A stretch of DNA of 64,000 nt, from positions 66,847-130,846 of the forward strand of contig CAVRJV010000006.1 of NCBI GenBank assembly GCA_963721485.1, read 5' to 3'. This document shows positions 1 to 9,787 of the stretch, piece after piece. The translations under genes were made by a program, and so were the position numbers. This DNA comes from an uncultured delta proteobacterium (lineage in GTDB: Bacteria; Desulfobacterota; Binatia; Binatales; Binataceae). The notes under the pieces are model-generated. The model did not search any database, was not told the origin of the DNA, and worked only from the letters and a program-made list of their open reading frames with translations. The first letter of the stretch is position 1. Each line of letters begins with the position of its first letter.

Positions 1-227
1 ACCTTTGAATTTTTGCCTTCAAGTTGCTGGACCTTGCCCTCGAGCGAGCGAATCTCTTCGCGGTCATGCTTGCGCTCCTCGCGCAACTGGCGCATCTCGG
101 CCCTGATTTCTTTGAGCGCGGCGGCGGCATCGGCGTCGCTATCGGCAGCGCGGGCCAGGCCCGTTACTGACAACGTCGTCACACCAAGAGCGAATAGAAG
201 TGTCGAGAAAATTTGTCCGGCTCGCAT
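1..227 (-). CDS. Secreted protein, N-terminal fragment (signal peptide plus coiled coil, porin-like N-terminus). The gene continues past the window start.
   Basis: Not in the ORF track because there is no stop in the window. Minus-strand ATG at 227-225 is preceded by GGGGGA. Translation: MRAGQIFSTLLFALGVTTLSVTGLARAADSDADAAAALKEIRAEMRQLREERKHDREEIRSLEGKVQQLEGKNSK. This is a cleavable-looking signal peptide followed by a heptad-like coiled coil. Function is inference. Confidence 0.45.
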   Translation of the reverse strand, partial: MRAGQIFSTLLFALGVTTLSVTGLARAADSDADAAAALKEIRAEMRQLREERKHDREEIRSLEGKVQQLEGKNSK

Positions 228-666
228 AATTCCCCCGATCGGCGCCAAAGTCGGCGCAGCCATCTGAGAGCAACATTTGTGCCCCTGAGACCCAAGTTGC
301 CTTTCGGGCCATAAGCCGAGATTCGTCAGCGCCCCATCCAACCGGCAGGTCGCCGTGCCCCAGCGTCGGCTAAGCCCGTTCGACAAACTCTTCGCAGAAC
401 AATCGACGCGTCGGAAGTATCGGCACGATCGAATGCCGAATGTTCCGACATGAATGTTCCCTAAAGCACGAAATGCCGCCGCGTCATTTCGGGAGCAGCG
501 TCCGATGCAGATCATGTCGTGAAGGTGTTACGAAAAGCGTCAGGCTCATGCATCCGAACGATACAACTCTCCGCTGACTGTCCGAATTCAGTTCCGATAT
601 CAACCCATCGGGCTCGGCACGAAGAATGAATTGGGTGTCGTTGAGGACGGGAATCAGGAGAGAAAG

Positions 667-1107
667 ATGCATCTCGAGATCACCTCAACTGAATCCGCAG
701 CGGTCGAGGCGCAGATCAAGGATCAGGTCGCAGCGATGGCGAATTACGTCAACAGCTTGACGGGCTGCACGAGGTGTCTCGAACGCCTGCGGTTTATAGT
801 CGTCGCGAAAACGGGGCGCGTCCGCATTCATCTCGACGTGCCTGGGGGTGAAGTGACTATCGACAAGCAAAACGCGACCGATGTCTCGCGGGCTATCGAC
901 GAGGCTTTCGCGGCTACGCGGATCAAACTCGAAGAGTACGTACGCAAGCTGCGCCACGATGTGAAAATGCCGGGACCGTCTCCCGACGTTCGGGTCACCA
1001 CCATCTTTCCATCCGACGGCTACGGCCTATTGGAGACTCTCGACGGAGAGGAAGTCCATTTTCGCTGCGACCGCTATTCGTCAATACGTCCCGGCTTTGG
1101 TGTTTGA
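667..1107 (+). CDS. HPF/RaiA-like ribosome-associated protein with a short cold-shock-like C-terminal tail
   Basis: Track ORF 631..1107. The ATG at 667 has AGGAGA upstream. RIHLDVPGGEVTIDKQNATDVSRAIDEAFAATRIKLEEYVRKLRHD follows the HPF/RaiA pattern. The tail VTTIFPSDGYGLLETLDGEEVHF looks like the start of a CSD/OB module but ends early. Confidence 0.5.
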   Translation: MHLEITSTESAAVEAQIKDQVAAMANYVNSLTGCTRCLERLRFIVVAKTGRVRIHLDVPGGEVTIDKQNATDVSRAIDEAFAATRIKLEEYVRKLRHDVKMPGPSPDVRVTTIFPSDGYGLLETLDGEEVHFRCDRYSSIRPGFGV

Positions 1108-1278
1108 CTGAGCACGACCGCATCAGAAAATAGAACACCTTCATCAAACGATCCGGTGCTGGAAGGGATCTTTCCACGCGAAACGTAAAGGCTTGACAGA
1201 TCTCGGCCAGAGCGAACATATCTTGGGCGCCGAAACGGTGGAACGATACGCGTTCCCGGATCTACGAAGCAGACACAG

Positions 1279-1893
1279 ATGCTGGATCATCTGAAAACAA
1301 ATAATCGCATCTGGGCCGAGCGGATGGTCTCCGCCGATGCCGACTTTTTCAGACGGCTCGAGAGCCAGCAGGCACCGGAGTACTTGTGGATCGGATGCTC
1401 CGATAGCCGGGTGCCTGCCAACGAGATTGTGGGTCTCGCACCGGGCGAACTCTTCGTCCATCGCAACGTGGCCAACCTGGCTCCGCCGCAGGACGCCAAC
1501 TATCTCTCTGTGCTGCAGTTCGCGGTCGATGTGCTGAAGGTCAAACACATAATGGTGGTAGGGCATTACGGATGCGGCGGAGTGAGCGCGGCAGTGGATG
1601 GCAAGCGGCGCGGCCTCGTGGATCACTGGCTGCAACCAATTCGTGAGGTCCGCCATAGGCACCGTCGTGAACTTGAAGCCATCGCGGATGCGCGTGCTCG
1701 CGCCGATCGTTTGTGCGAGCTCAACGTGATCCGCCAGGTGATCAACGTCGCGTCTGACGTCATCGTGCAGGAGGCCTGGGCGCGCGGCCAGAACCTGCTC
1801 GTGCACGGCTGGGTCTATTCTCTGGCAAATGGCTTGATTACGGACCTGGAGGTGACGGTCAGGATTCCGGAAGAAGTCGAAAGGCTGGATTAA
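1279..1893 (+). CDS. can: Beta-class carbonic anhydrase
   Basis: 204 aa. The motifs YLWIGCSDSRVPANEIVGLAPGELFVHRNVANL and GHYGCGGV align closely along the whole length with E. coli Can as I recall it. Confidence 0.9.
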   Translation: MLDHLKTNNRIWAERMVSADADFFRRLESQQAPEYLWIGCSDSRVPANEIVGLAPGELFVHRNVANLAPPQDANYLSVLQFAVDVLKVKHIMVVGHYGCGGVSAAVDGKRRGLVDHWLQPIREVRHRHRRELEAIADARARADRLCELNVIRQVINVASDVIVQEAWARGQNLLVHGWVYSLANGLITDLEVTVRIPEEVERLD

Positions 1894-2000
1894 CGATCAT
1901 TCCTGCGTGACTTGCCAACGTTCGCGAGTCGCGAGAGTATGCAATCCAATCAATGATTGGGCGGCGCTTTCAAATGCGCCAGCCCTTGAGGGAGTTAAAC

Positions 2001-3185
2001 ATGCGAGAAGCGGTAATAGTGTCCACCGCTCGGACACCGATCGGAAAAGCCTATCGCGGCGCCTTCAACGACATCGAGTCGCCATCGATGGCTGCGCCGG
2101 TAATCAAAGAAGCCATTTCGCGCGCGCGCCTGGAACCGGGAGAAATCGATGACGTAATTATGGGCGCTGCGCTCCAACAAGGAACGCAGGGCTTCAACGT
2201 TGCACGCCAATGCGTTATAGCGGCGGGATTGCCGGTCAGCGTCGCGGGTCAGAGCGTCGATCGCCAGTGCTCGTCGGGGCTGATGAGTATCTCGATGGGT
2301 GCGAAACAGATCGTCGCCGACGGCATGCAGACAGTGGTGGCCGGAGGCGTCGAGTCGATAAGCCTGGTTCAGAACGCGCACATGAATCCTTTTCGGCAGG
2401 CCGATCCGATTGTGCTCACGCGCGCGCCTGCGATCTACATGGCGATGATCGATACCGCCGAGGTGGTTTCAAAGCGCTACAAGATCTCGCGCGAGGCGCA
2501 GGACGAATATTCGTTCAAGAGTCAGCAGCGTACGTTTGAAGCGCAGGAAGCCGGCCGTTTCAAAGACGAGATCATCTCGACCACTGTGACCAAGCGCTTC
2601 GATGACAAGAAGACCGGCGAGACCACCAAGCAGCAAGTGACGCTCGAGCGCGATGAATGCAACCGGCCCGGGACCACGCTCGATGGTCTGGCCTCTCTTC
2701 CTCCGGTCAAGGGACCCGGAGGCTTCATCACCGCCGGCAACGCCAGCCAACTTTCCGATGGCGCATCAGTCTGCGTGCTGATGGAGCGCAAACAGGCCGA
2801 GCAGCGCGGGTTGCATCCGCTCGGCATCTATCGAGGTATGGCGGTGGCCGGATGCGAGCCCGACGAGATGGGAATCGGACCCGTGTTCGCGGTGCCCAAG
2901 CTGCTCGAACGCAACGGGCTTCGCATCGACGACATCGGCCTGTGGGAACTCAACGAGGCGTTCGCATGCCAGGTGATCTACTGTCGCGACAAGCTGGGTA
3001 TTCCCGACGAGCGGCTCAACGTCAACGGCGGCGCGATCTCGATCGGGCATCCTTATGGGATGAGCGGATCGCGGATGACGGGGCATGCGCTGATCGAGGG
3101 CAAACGGCGCGGCGTCAAATACGTCGTAATCACGATGTGTGTCGGTGGCGGGATGGGGGCGGCCGGGCTGTTTGAGGTGGCTTGA
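2001..3185 (+). CDS. Acetyl-CoA C-acetyltransferase (thiolase II)
   Basis: Track ORF 1953..3185. The ATG at 2001 is preceded by [38 protein letters not shown] (active-site Cys) and the C-terminal [15 protein letters not shown]...CVGGGMG are thiolase signatures. Confidence 0.9.
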   Translation: MREAVIVSTARTPIGKAYRGAFNDIESPSMAAPVIKEAISRARLEPGEIDDVIMGAALQQGTQGFNVARQCVIAAGLPVSVAGQSVDRQCSSGLMSISMGAKQIVADGMQTVVAGGVESISLVQNAHMNPFRQADPIVLTRAPAIYMAMIDTAEVVSKRYKISREAQDEYSFKSQQRTFEAQEAGRFKDEIISTTVTKRFDDKKTGETTKQQVTLERDECNRPGTTLDGLASLPPVKGPGGFITAGNASQLSDGASVCVLMERKQAEQRGLHPLGIYRGMAVAGCEPDEMGIGPVFAVPKLLERNGLRIDDIGLWELNEAFACQVIYCRDKLGIPDERLNVNGGAISIGHPYGMSGSRMTGHALIEGKRRGVKYVVITMCVGGGMGAAGLFEVA

Positions 3186-3243
3186 AGCCGCAGGGGAAAA
3201 TCATCCGCTGGGACCGGCGCCCGCGAACGGCTTTGGATCGTTG

Positions 3244-3876
3244 CTAGCTGACGCGCGTTTCGCGTGCTCGCGGATGCAGCGCAGTTGACGTGATCAGCGG
3301 CGCGAGCATCAGGCCCGCGGCGTGATCCAGGACTTCCTCGAAGTCCAGGTCGGGGTTCACCACCCACAGGAGCGTCAGGCCCTCGAACAGCGCGACGCCG
3401 CTGATTGCGGCCTTGCGCGGATCGACCGGACGCAGCTCGCCCTTCGCGATTCCGTCGGCGATCAGCCGGGCGAAGGCATCGATGTAAGAGTCGAAATAAC
3501 CGCGCGCGCGGCGGCGAATCGAGGGATTACGTGCCGCCATCGCGTAGGCCTCGAGCTCGACGCCCGCGAGCTGGCGAGCATTGCGGATCTGCTCGGTGGC
3601 GGATCGCGCGACCGTCATGATGCGCTCGACGACGGGGCGGTCTGATTCGATCTGCTCCGCAACGTCGTGCAGCGAGCGCTCAAACATGCGCGCGAGCGAC
3701 GCCGCGATAATGTCGTCCTTACTCTTAAAGTACCAGTAGATTGCACCCTTGCTGAGCTGCGACTCCTCGACGATCTGTTCCATCCGCGATTCCGCAAAGC
3801 CGTTACGCGCAAAGACCTTCTCGGCGGCGTCGAGGATCTGATAGCGGCGCTCCTTGCTAACTTCGGCTCGGGACAT
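3244..3876 (-). CDS. TetR/AcrR family transcriptional regulator
   Basis: 210 aa. The N-terminal HTH is ILDAAEKVFARNGFAESRMEQIVEESQLSKGAIYWYFKSKDDII. It lies immediately downstream of the P450 gene on the same strand. Confidence 0.9.
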   Translation of the reverse strand: MSRAEVSKERRYQILDAAEKVFARNGFAESRMEQIVEESQLSKGAIYWYFKSKDDIIAASLARMFERSLHDVAEQIESDRPVVERIMTVARSATEQIRNARQLAGVELEAYAMAARNPSIRRRARGYFDSYIDAFARLIADGIAKGELRPVDPRKAAISGVALFEGLTLLWVVNPDLDFEEVLDHAAGLMLAPLITSTALHPRARETRVS

Positions 3877-3894
3877 TTTGTCTCGCAGCCTCGT

Positions 3895-5313
3895 TCAGGT
3901 CCGGGCGAGTTCGAGCTGCATCTTCAAGCCATAGCGCGGACGCAGCGTGACCAACGGTTGCAGCTCAACGCGATGTCCCGGGACCATCCGCAGGCGAAAT
4001 TTCTGCGCGACGGCGGCGAGGATCAAACTCGCCTCAGTGAGCGCAAAGGTGTTGCCGATACACAGGCGCGGGCCGCCACCGAAGGGGAAGTATGCGTAGC
4101 GCGGGCGATTGGCGGATCGCTCGGGCGAAAAGCGATCAGGATCGAAGAGTTCGGGATTCTCCCAGAAATCCGGATGCCGATGGGTCAGCCACTGGCTGAG
4201 CATCACGCTGGCGCCCTTGGGAATGCTGAAGCCGAGGATTTCGTCGTCAGCGGTCGGCGAGCGCCCGATCGACCACGCCGGCGGGTAGAGCCGCATCGAC
4301 TCGTCGATAACCATCGAGGTGTAGCGCAGTTTCGGCAGGTCCGCGATCGTCGGCGCGCGCCCGCCGAGCACATCGGCGAGTTCGGCGTGCAGCTTTTGCT
4401 CGACATCGGGATTTTGCGAAAGCAGATACCAGGTCCACGCGAGCGCGTTGGCCGTCGTCTCGTGGCCGGCGGCGATCAACGTGAGCGCCTCGTCTCGAAC
4501 CTGCTTGTCGCTCATCGCTTCGCCCGTGTCCTCGTCGCGCGCGGCGAGCAACAACGAAAGCAGGTCGCCGCGATCCTGGCCGTTGCGCCGATGATCGGCG
4601 ATCATGCCCGCGATGAGCGCGTCGAATGACTCGATGGCGCGGCGGAACTCGCGGTTGCGCCGGGTCGGCAGCCACGGCAGCAATGTACCGAGGTCGAACT
4701 GCCCGAGTCGTTCGTTGGTGACGGTGACATCGTGGCCAATTTCATGCGCCAGCGCGCCCGCGATTTCCACGTTGAACAAAACGCGCGCGACGATCTCGAG
4801 CGTGAGTTGCATCATCTCGTTGCATACGTCGAAGGTGGCGCCTTCGCCGGCGATTGAACTCCACTTATCGAGCATCTTGAGCGTGCTATCCACCATCGTG
4901 GCGCCAAATTCCGCGATGCGCTGGCGGTGGAAGATCGGGGCTATCAAGCGGCGCTGGCGCAACCACAGCGGATCCTCGCTGGTGAGCAATCCCTCGCCGA
5001 GAACGCGCTTGAGGATCTTATAGTCGGGGGACTTGACGTAGTTGCGATGGTTCTCCTGCAGCACGTGCTTGACGCCGTCGGGATGCACGACCAGGTAGAT
5101 TCGCATCGTTCCGATCCGGTAAGCGACCACGTCGCCATAGCGCTTCCAGTCGGCGGCGATATGTTCAAGCGGGTTCCGTACAATCCGAAGCCCGGAGAGA
5201 GGACCGCGCGGGCCCGGTACTGCTCGCGAGGGTCGATCGAGCGGAGCAGCATGAGGTGCGAGTTGGGGCGAATCGAGAGTGGAAGCCTGGGGAGCGTTCG
5301 AAGCATTCATCAT
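3895..5313 (-). CDS. Cytochrome P450
   Basis: 472 aa. Contains the I-helix AGHETTA, the ExxR motif (ESMR), and the heme-binding loop FPFGGGPRLCIGNTFA. Confidence 0.9.
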   Translation of the reverse strand: MMNASNAPQASTLDSPQLAPHAAPLDRPSRAVPGPRGPLSGLRIVRNPLEHIAADWKRYGDVVAYRIGTMRIYLVVHPDGVKHVLQENHRNYVKSPDYKILKRVLGEGLLTSEDPLWLRQRRLIAPIFHRQRIAEFGATMVDSTLKMLDKWSSIAGEGATFDVCNEMMQLTLEIVARVLFNVEIAGALAHEIGHDVTVTNERLGQFDLGTLLPWLPTRRNREFRRAIESFDALIAGMIADHRRNGQDRGDLLSLLLAARDEDTGEAMSDKQVRDEALTLIAAGHETTANALAWTWYLLSQNPDVEQKLHAELADVLGGRAPTIADLPKLRYTSMVIDESMRLYPPAWSIGRSPTADDEILGFSIPKGASVMLSQWLTHRHPDFWENPELFDPDRFSPERSANRPRYAYFPFGGGPRLCIGNTFALTEASLILAAVAQKFRLRMVPGHRVELQPLVTLRPRYGLKMQLELART

Positions 5314-5531
5314 TTAAACCGACCAGTCAGTCTGTAATGGTTGTAATGTAAGAGAAGAGCACCGAAGAGGCAAGAGTTCCGAGCCGGAGAGCCGTTTCGT
5401 ATCCCGGGGGCCTCAGCGCCATCAGGAACTTCATGCGCCGCGTCACCGCCGAGTAGGAGAGAGAGGCGATTTGTGTCCGTTCGGTGATGATGATATCAAT
5501 ATCATTTCATTATCAAGGGAGTTGTATCCTG

Positions 5532-6398
5532 ATGAAATCAATCGAAGGTTTGGAGCCTAAGCGATTTGCGGTTGGCGTTAGGGCAACGTGTCGAAGGGTC
5601 AGCGTCGAGGGCGTCTCGATTGCTTACGACGATCGCGGAGAAGGGTTTCCGATTGTCGGGATGCATGCGATCACCCACGGCGGCCGCGACTTTGAGCAAG
5701 TCGCGGGGGGGCTTGCCAGCCGATCGCGGTTTATTACGCTCGATTGGCCCGGCCAGGGGCGCTCGGGACCCGATGAGCATCCGGCGCGGCTTGGTCGCTA
5801 CACGGCGCTGCTCGCGGGATTCATGGACTCGCTCAAGATCAAGCGTGCGGTCTTGATCGGAAATTCGATTGGTGGTTCGGCAGCGATGGCCTATGCCGCG
5901 CAGTATCCCGATCGCGTAGCTGGACTGGTGCTCGCCAATCCGGGCGGACTTATTCCGATGAACACGTTCGGCTACAGGTTCTGCGGTTTGATGGCGGCAC
6001 TTGGACGCGCAGGGCAGCGCGGCGCATTTTACTTCAAGCCGCTTTTTTCGATGCAGTATCGGCAGATTCTGCGGACGCCGGCCGCGCGCGCGCAACGGGA
6101 CAGGATTGTCGATGCGGCGGCGGAATGCTCTAGAATCTGGGAGCAGGCGTGGCTGGGCTTTCGCATGCCGCAGGCGGATCAGACGAGGATTGGCGAGCAA
6201 ATACATTGTCCGGTTCTGTTCACCTGGGCGGAGCGCGACAGGATCGTCTCGTTGGCACGCAGCAAGGACGCTATCGGCCGCTTTCCGAATCACCAGATCG
6301 CGCCATTCGGCGGCGGACACTGTGCATTTCTGGAGGAGCCGGAAAAGTTTCTCGCGGCAGTGGAACCTTTTTTGGAAAAAATAACCGCCGAGGAATAG
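5532..6398 (+). CDS. Alpha/beta-fold hydrolase
   Basis: Track ORF 5484..6398. The ATG at 5532 follows AAGGGAG. Contains the nucleophile elbow GNSIGG, an HGGGRDF-type oxyanion region, and a C-terminal GGGHCAFLEEPEKF catalytic His region. Confidence 0.85.
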   Translation: MKSIEGLEPKRFAVGVRATCRRVSVEGVSIAYDDRGEGFPIVGMHAITHGGRDFEQVAGGLASRSRFITLDWPGQGRSGPDEHPARLGRYTALLAGFMDSLKIKRAVLIGNSIGGSAAMAYAAQYPDRVAGLVLANPGGLIPMNTFGYRFCGLMAALGRAGQRGAFYFKPLFSMQYRQILRTPAARAQRDRIVDAAAECSRIWEQAWLGFRMPQADQTRIGEQIHCPVLFTWAERDRIVSLARSKDAIGRFPNHQIAPFGGGHCAFLEEPEKFLAAVEPFLEKITAEE

Positions 6399-6467
6399 CG
6401 GTCGCGACCGCTTGCAGCGGCGGCACGGTAAAAGTTGCGCACGAAATACCGAGCGCGAATCGTCGGC

Positions 6468-7100
6468 ATGGCCGAGGAGTTGAAGACCGTCCGATCAGCT
6501 TCCAAATTGGCGGAACGATCCAGGCCGACCCGGAATCGGCGGCCCGAAGAGACGCGGCGTGCGCTGGTGGAAGCGGCCGCCGGAATTTTCAATTCGGCGG
6601 GCTACGATGGCACCGATTCGAACCGGATCGCGCGCGAGGCGGGCTACGCGCCCGGCACTTTCTACATTCATTTTGCCGACAAGCTCGCGATTTTTCTCGA
6701 GGTCTATCAGAACTGGGTGAGCGCAGAGTGGTCGGCGATCGAGGTGATCCTCAAATCCGGCGGGAGTGCGCACTCCCTGCGCAGGCGGCTTAGCCGCGCC
6801 GTTCTGGAACACCATCGCAAGTGGCGGACGTTTCGTGCGAGCTTGCGCGCGTTAAGTGCGACCGATGATCGGGTCCACGCCGCGCGCGTAGCATCGCGCG
6901 ACCGGCAGCTCGAGAAATTGACGCAGCTGATTCGCGCGCGGAACTCGCCGGTGCCAAGCCGGGCTCGGATGCTCGCACAATTGCTGATAGCAGAAGCGCT
7001 ATGCGATGCGGTGGCAGACGGCGACGCCGCGTCATTGGGAATCCGCGAAGAAGAGATTATCGGTTTGGTCGATGAGAGCGCGCGGGAATTGCTGTCCTGA
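6468..7100 (+). CDS. TetR/AcrR family transcriptional regulator
   Basis: Track ORF 6435..7100. The HTH is LVEAAAGIFNSAGYDGTDSNRIAREAGYAPGTFYIHFADKLAIF. The start codon is uncertain (6435 alternative start or ATG 6468). Confidence 0.85.
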   Translation: MAEELKTVRSASKLAERSRPTRNRRPEETRRALVEAAAGIFNSAGYDGTDSNRIAREAGYAPGTFYIHFADKLAIFLEVYQNWVSAEWSAIEVILKSGGSAHSLRRRLSRAVLEHHRKWRTFRASLRALSATDDRVHAARVASRDRQLEKLTQLIRARNSPVPSRARMLAQLLIAEALCDAVADGDAASLGIREEEIIGLVDESARELLS

Positions 7101-7381
7101 TAGGTCGCGCTTACTGAAACTTCGACGCTCATGTGTCTTTGGTTGGGCGAAAAGCGTTACACTCGCGAGGCGCTCAAGCAACGCTTTGCCCCGAGGCGGT
7201 GACAGACATTCCGTACCGACCCCAATATATTCAACGATCCAGATAGTTAGGGTATGGTAATCACGGTTTCGCTGTCACCGGGATAGAGCCGTCCGTCGAG
7301 ATCGCTTGACTTCACGCGGAAGAAAGCGGTTTACCGATAGGCTCGAAAGTGTAAATTTCAAATCAAGCAGGAGAGTGGAAG

Positions 7382-7936
7382 ATGTCCAGAACGCGACCAA
7401 CCCCGATTTGTGCAATAGCCCTGACACTGGCCCTGACCCTGGTTGGTTGTGTTACGCAGTCGAAGTACGATGCGCTGCAGCAGCGGTACGATCAGCTCAA
7501 CCAGACCATGTCGTCAGAAATTAGTCGGAAGCAGATGCACATCGAGCGCTTGCAAAACGCTATCAAGGTCACGGTCGACGATCAGTTGCTGTTCCCGTCG
7601 GGTGAGTGGCAGATGCCTGCGACTGCGCAACAGACGATTGCGAAAATGGCGCCAATCCTCGCTCCAATGCAGCACACGAGGATTGCCGTCAATGGATATA
7701 CCGACGATGTGCCGATCGGTCCCGGACTGAGACGCCAAGGCATCACGAGCAATCTAATACTGTCGCAGAAGCGTGCCGATAACGTGATGCAATTTATGAT
7801 CTCCAACGGAGTCAACCCTGCTCTGATCTCTGCACAGGGATTCGGCGACGCAGATCCGGTCGCTTCGAATGATACGGAGAACGGCCGAGCCCAAAACCGC
7901 CGCGTAGAAATGACGCTGGCGGGCCCGGGCAATTGA
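7382..7936 (+). CDS. OmpA-family lipoprotein (OmpA/MotB C-terminal peptidoglycan-binding domain)
   Basis: 184 aa. Contains the lipobox LTLVGC. The OmpA_C pattern is LFPSGEWQM...INGYTDDVPIG...NLILSQKRADNV...GFGDADPVASNDTENGRAQNRRVEM. Confidence 0.9.
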   Translation: MSRTRPTPICAIALTLALTLVGCVTQSKYDALQQRYDQLNQTMSSEISRKQMHIERLQNAIKVTVDDQLLFPSGEWQMPATAQQTIAKMAPILAPMQHTRIAVNGYTDDVPIGPGLRRQGITSNLILSQKRADNVMQFMISNGVNPALISAQGFGDADPVASNDTENGRAQNRRVEMTLAGPGN

Positions 7937-8126
7937 AGCACCCGAAACCCTGCCGCCTCTAAAGCGCGTGGTCTGCCGACATAGCGGCTAGGTAGCCGGC
8001 CGGTCGGTACACCGCCGCGTAATGGACAAGTGAACCCTCGCGCTCTGTCCACAAAGGTCAGATCTCCTCTCGTGAATTGAAGCGGGCCGCCTCGAAGGAG
8101 TTGTTGCTCGATTTATCAGCCTCAGG

Positions 8127-8288
8127 TTAAAGGACCGCTCGTCCGGCAATGAGAGACACGACAAACAAGACCAGGAATACGAAGAACAGAACTCGAGCAA
8201 ACTCCGTGGCTGTTCCTGCGATGCCGCCGAATCCGAATGCCGCGGCAACCACGGCTATCAAGAGAAACACGAGAGCGTAGTATAGCAT
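8127..8288 (-). CDS. DUF1328 (YtjA-like) small membrane protein, 53 aa
   Basis: Below the ORF-track size cutoff. I translated it by hand: [53 protein letters not shown]. This is the typical DUF1328 two-helix pattern with FGFGGIAG. Confidence 0.75.
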   Translation of the reverse strand: MLYYALVFLLIAVVAAAFGFGGIAGTATEFARVLFFVFLVLFVVSLIAGRAVL

Positions 8289-8385
8289 TACTCAATGACC
8301 TCCAAGGTTGATGCTAAGTTTGAGCAACGACTATGCCACTGCTAATGCTCATGAATACGAGAGAGAGTGATACCCCTTGGACGAA

Positions 8386-8748
8386 CTAGGCAATATTTTC
8401 CGTTGTAGCAGCTATCAGCGATCGTCGTAACACTTCGGCTACGACTATCGCACCTATACCTACAAGTCCGAACACCTGCCAATAGGGCATCCATTGATGG
8501 AGCAGCAGTACCAAGCTCGCTAGCAGTGCTACCACGCCGGCCGCAGCGAGCGCGATTAGCGTTGATGTGAGGTAGACTTGGCCGAGGAGGGTCTGTGCCG
8601 CGCCAACGATATTCGATTCGAGCAGTCGCGCCTCGGCGGCGATGATTCGGGCGAAGTCCGACAGAATTCGAACCGCCAGCTCCGGCAATTCGTCCCGCGG
8701 CTCGCGCTCGATTGTGAGGTCCGACTCGTTCGACTTAGTCGCGCTCAT
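8386..8748 (-). CDS. YqjE-like 'phage holin family' (holin-X/DUF1469-type) membrane protein, stress-cluster member
   Basis: 120 aa. An amphipathic N-terminus is followed by two TM helices (IALAAAGVVALLASLVLLL, VFGLVGIGAIVVAEVL). Its start overlaps the stop of the upstream gene. Confidence 0.65.
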   Translation of the reverse strand: MSATKSNESDLTIEREPRDELPELAVRILSDFARIIAAEARLLESNIVGAAQTLLGQVYLTSTLIALAAAGVVALLASLVLLLHQWMPYWQVFGLVGIGAIVVAEVLRRSLIAATTENIA

Positions 8749-9010
8749 CGACTTTGTCTTCCTTGGAAAGTACCAAGGCGGCGCCCAACAGCAACAGCGC
8801 TATCATTGCAGCGCCGCCCGACTCCGATCCTAGCGCGAACCCTAAGGCGCCGGCGACGCACGCGGTAGTGACCGGATGGTTGCGGATTCCGCGGTCCGGC
8901 CGGAGCCGGGCGACGCCCTCTTCAACGCGATTGCCAACCTGATTCAACGCGTCGCGCAGATCATGGGTGGCGTCTTTTAGTTCATCTTTTATTTCGGGGG
9001 CGTCTACCAT
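8735..9010 (-). CDS. Small membrane-anchored protein (DUF883/YqjD-like organisation)
   Basis: 91 aa. Has a charged helical N-terminus (EIKDELKDATHDLRDALNQVGNRVEEG), then HPVTTACVAGALGFALG and a second hydrophobic helix. Confidence 0.5.
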   Translation of the reverse strand: MVDAPEIKDELKDATHDLRDALNQVGNRVEEGVARLRPDRGIRNHPVTTACVAGALGFALGSESGGAAMIALLLLGAALVLSKEDKVDERD

Positions 9011-9215
9011 TTTTTCCCGTCTTCGAGGTCATTACTGATGTTAGTCGGTCTCCCAGCATGCCCTCGAGAACCATAAGAATGATTTGGAACGAGGTGCGGT
9101 TGCTGAACCCTCCGCCAATCGCGAAGCCGCCGAGGACGGCAAGTGCTAGCGAGCGCTCTGGATACTCCGCAATTTTCTCACGCAAGTCGGCGAGGTCGGT
9201 CCGTTGCTGCGGCAT
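8982..9215 (-). CDS. Small hypothetical membrane protein
   Basis: 77 aa. Contains SLALAVLGGFAIGGGF. The gene begins 5 nt after the stop of the upstream gene. No family recognised. Confidence 0.4.
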   Translation of the reverse strand: MPQQRTDLADLREKIAEYPERSLALAVLGGFAIGGGFSNRTSFQIILMVLEGMLGDRLTSVMTSKTGKNGRRPRNKR

Positions 9216-9220
9216 GATCG

Positions 9221-9430
9221 TTACCGCCGGGTCGCGTAATTGAGGATGCGCGCGGCGATGTAGCCGACCGTAAACGCGCTGGCAATCGCAATCAGCGGCT
9301 CATCGCGGACGAATTGCGTCACGACGGAATTCGCTGACGAAACGTAATCCATTCCCATCTCGGCAAAGTCACTCATCTTTTCGCGACCCTCGTCGATCAG
9401 ACCGTCAAGATCTACCTTTGCGGTGCTCAT
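9221..9430 (-). CDS. DUF883 (ElaB/YqjD-like) tail-anchored stress protein
   Basis: 69 aa. The C-terminus FVRDEPLIAIASAFTVGYIAARILNYATRR matches the DUF883 C-terminal TM-anchor pattern. AGGAAG lies upstream of the ATG. Confidence 0.55.
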   Translation of the reverse strand: MSTAKVDLDGLIDEGREKMSDFAEMGMDYVSSANSVVTQFVRDEPLIAIASAFTVGYIAARILNYATRR

Positions 9431-9787
9431 TTTGAGGCCCTTCCTTTGGATGACCTAGTCGTACACGCGACTGAAGTTTCGCGGAATATCGAAGCAAGTT
9501 GGCTGCCACCAAATCACTATGATTCAAACGCGCTCGATCCTTTTCTCTGGTGAGGTCGGAAAAAGTTACAGAGTGAAGCGGGCCGCCGGCCATGGTTTCA
9601 GACGGTCCTCGGACCTGCCATGCGGTACCAGGAAGAGTATTTGTCAGTCGGAATTACAGAGTTCTCAGTTTCGATCTGGGCCTGATGACCAAATACTCCG
9701 CATATCGCCGGCAGAAGTTTCTTCGCGTTCGATGGCATAAGGATTGCTGTTTACCAGCGCATCGCATCTGCGCTTGGAGGTTCCCCT

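Noticed and set aside
7988-8248. An 86-aa track ORF on the minus strand
   Set aside because: It overlaps, in another frame, the 53-aa DUF1328 sORF (8127..8288), which has a clear family pattern. The 86-aa translation has no features and an odd Cys/Ser-rich composition.
8386-8748. A 'phage holin family' protein as evidence for a prophage or lysis cassette
   Set aside because: No endolysin, spanin, capsid, tail or integrase genes are nearby. The neighbours are DUF883, DUF1328 and CsbD-type stress proteins. This matches the chromosomal yqjD-yqjE-type stress operon context rather than a phage.
8078-9587. A shared 14-mer tgaagcgggccgcc at 8078..8091 and 9574..9587 as a possible regulatory box
   Set aside because: Several exact 14-mer coincidences are expected by chance in a 64-kb GC-biased window when both strands are counted. 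There is no flanking similarity or positional logic.
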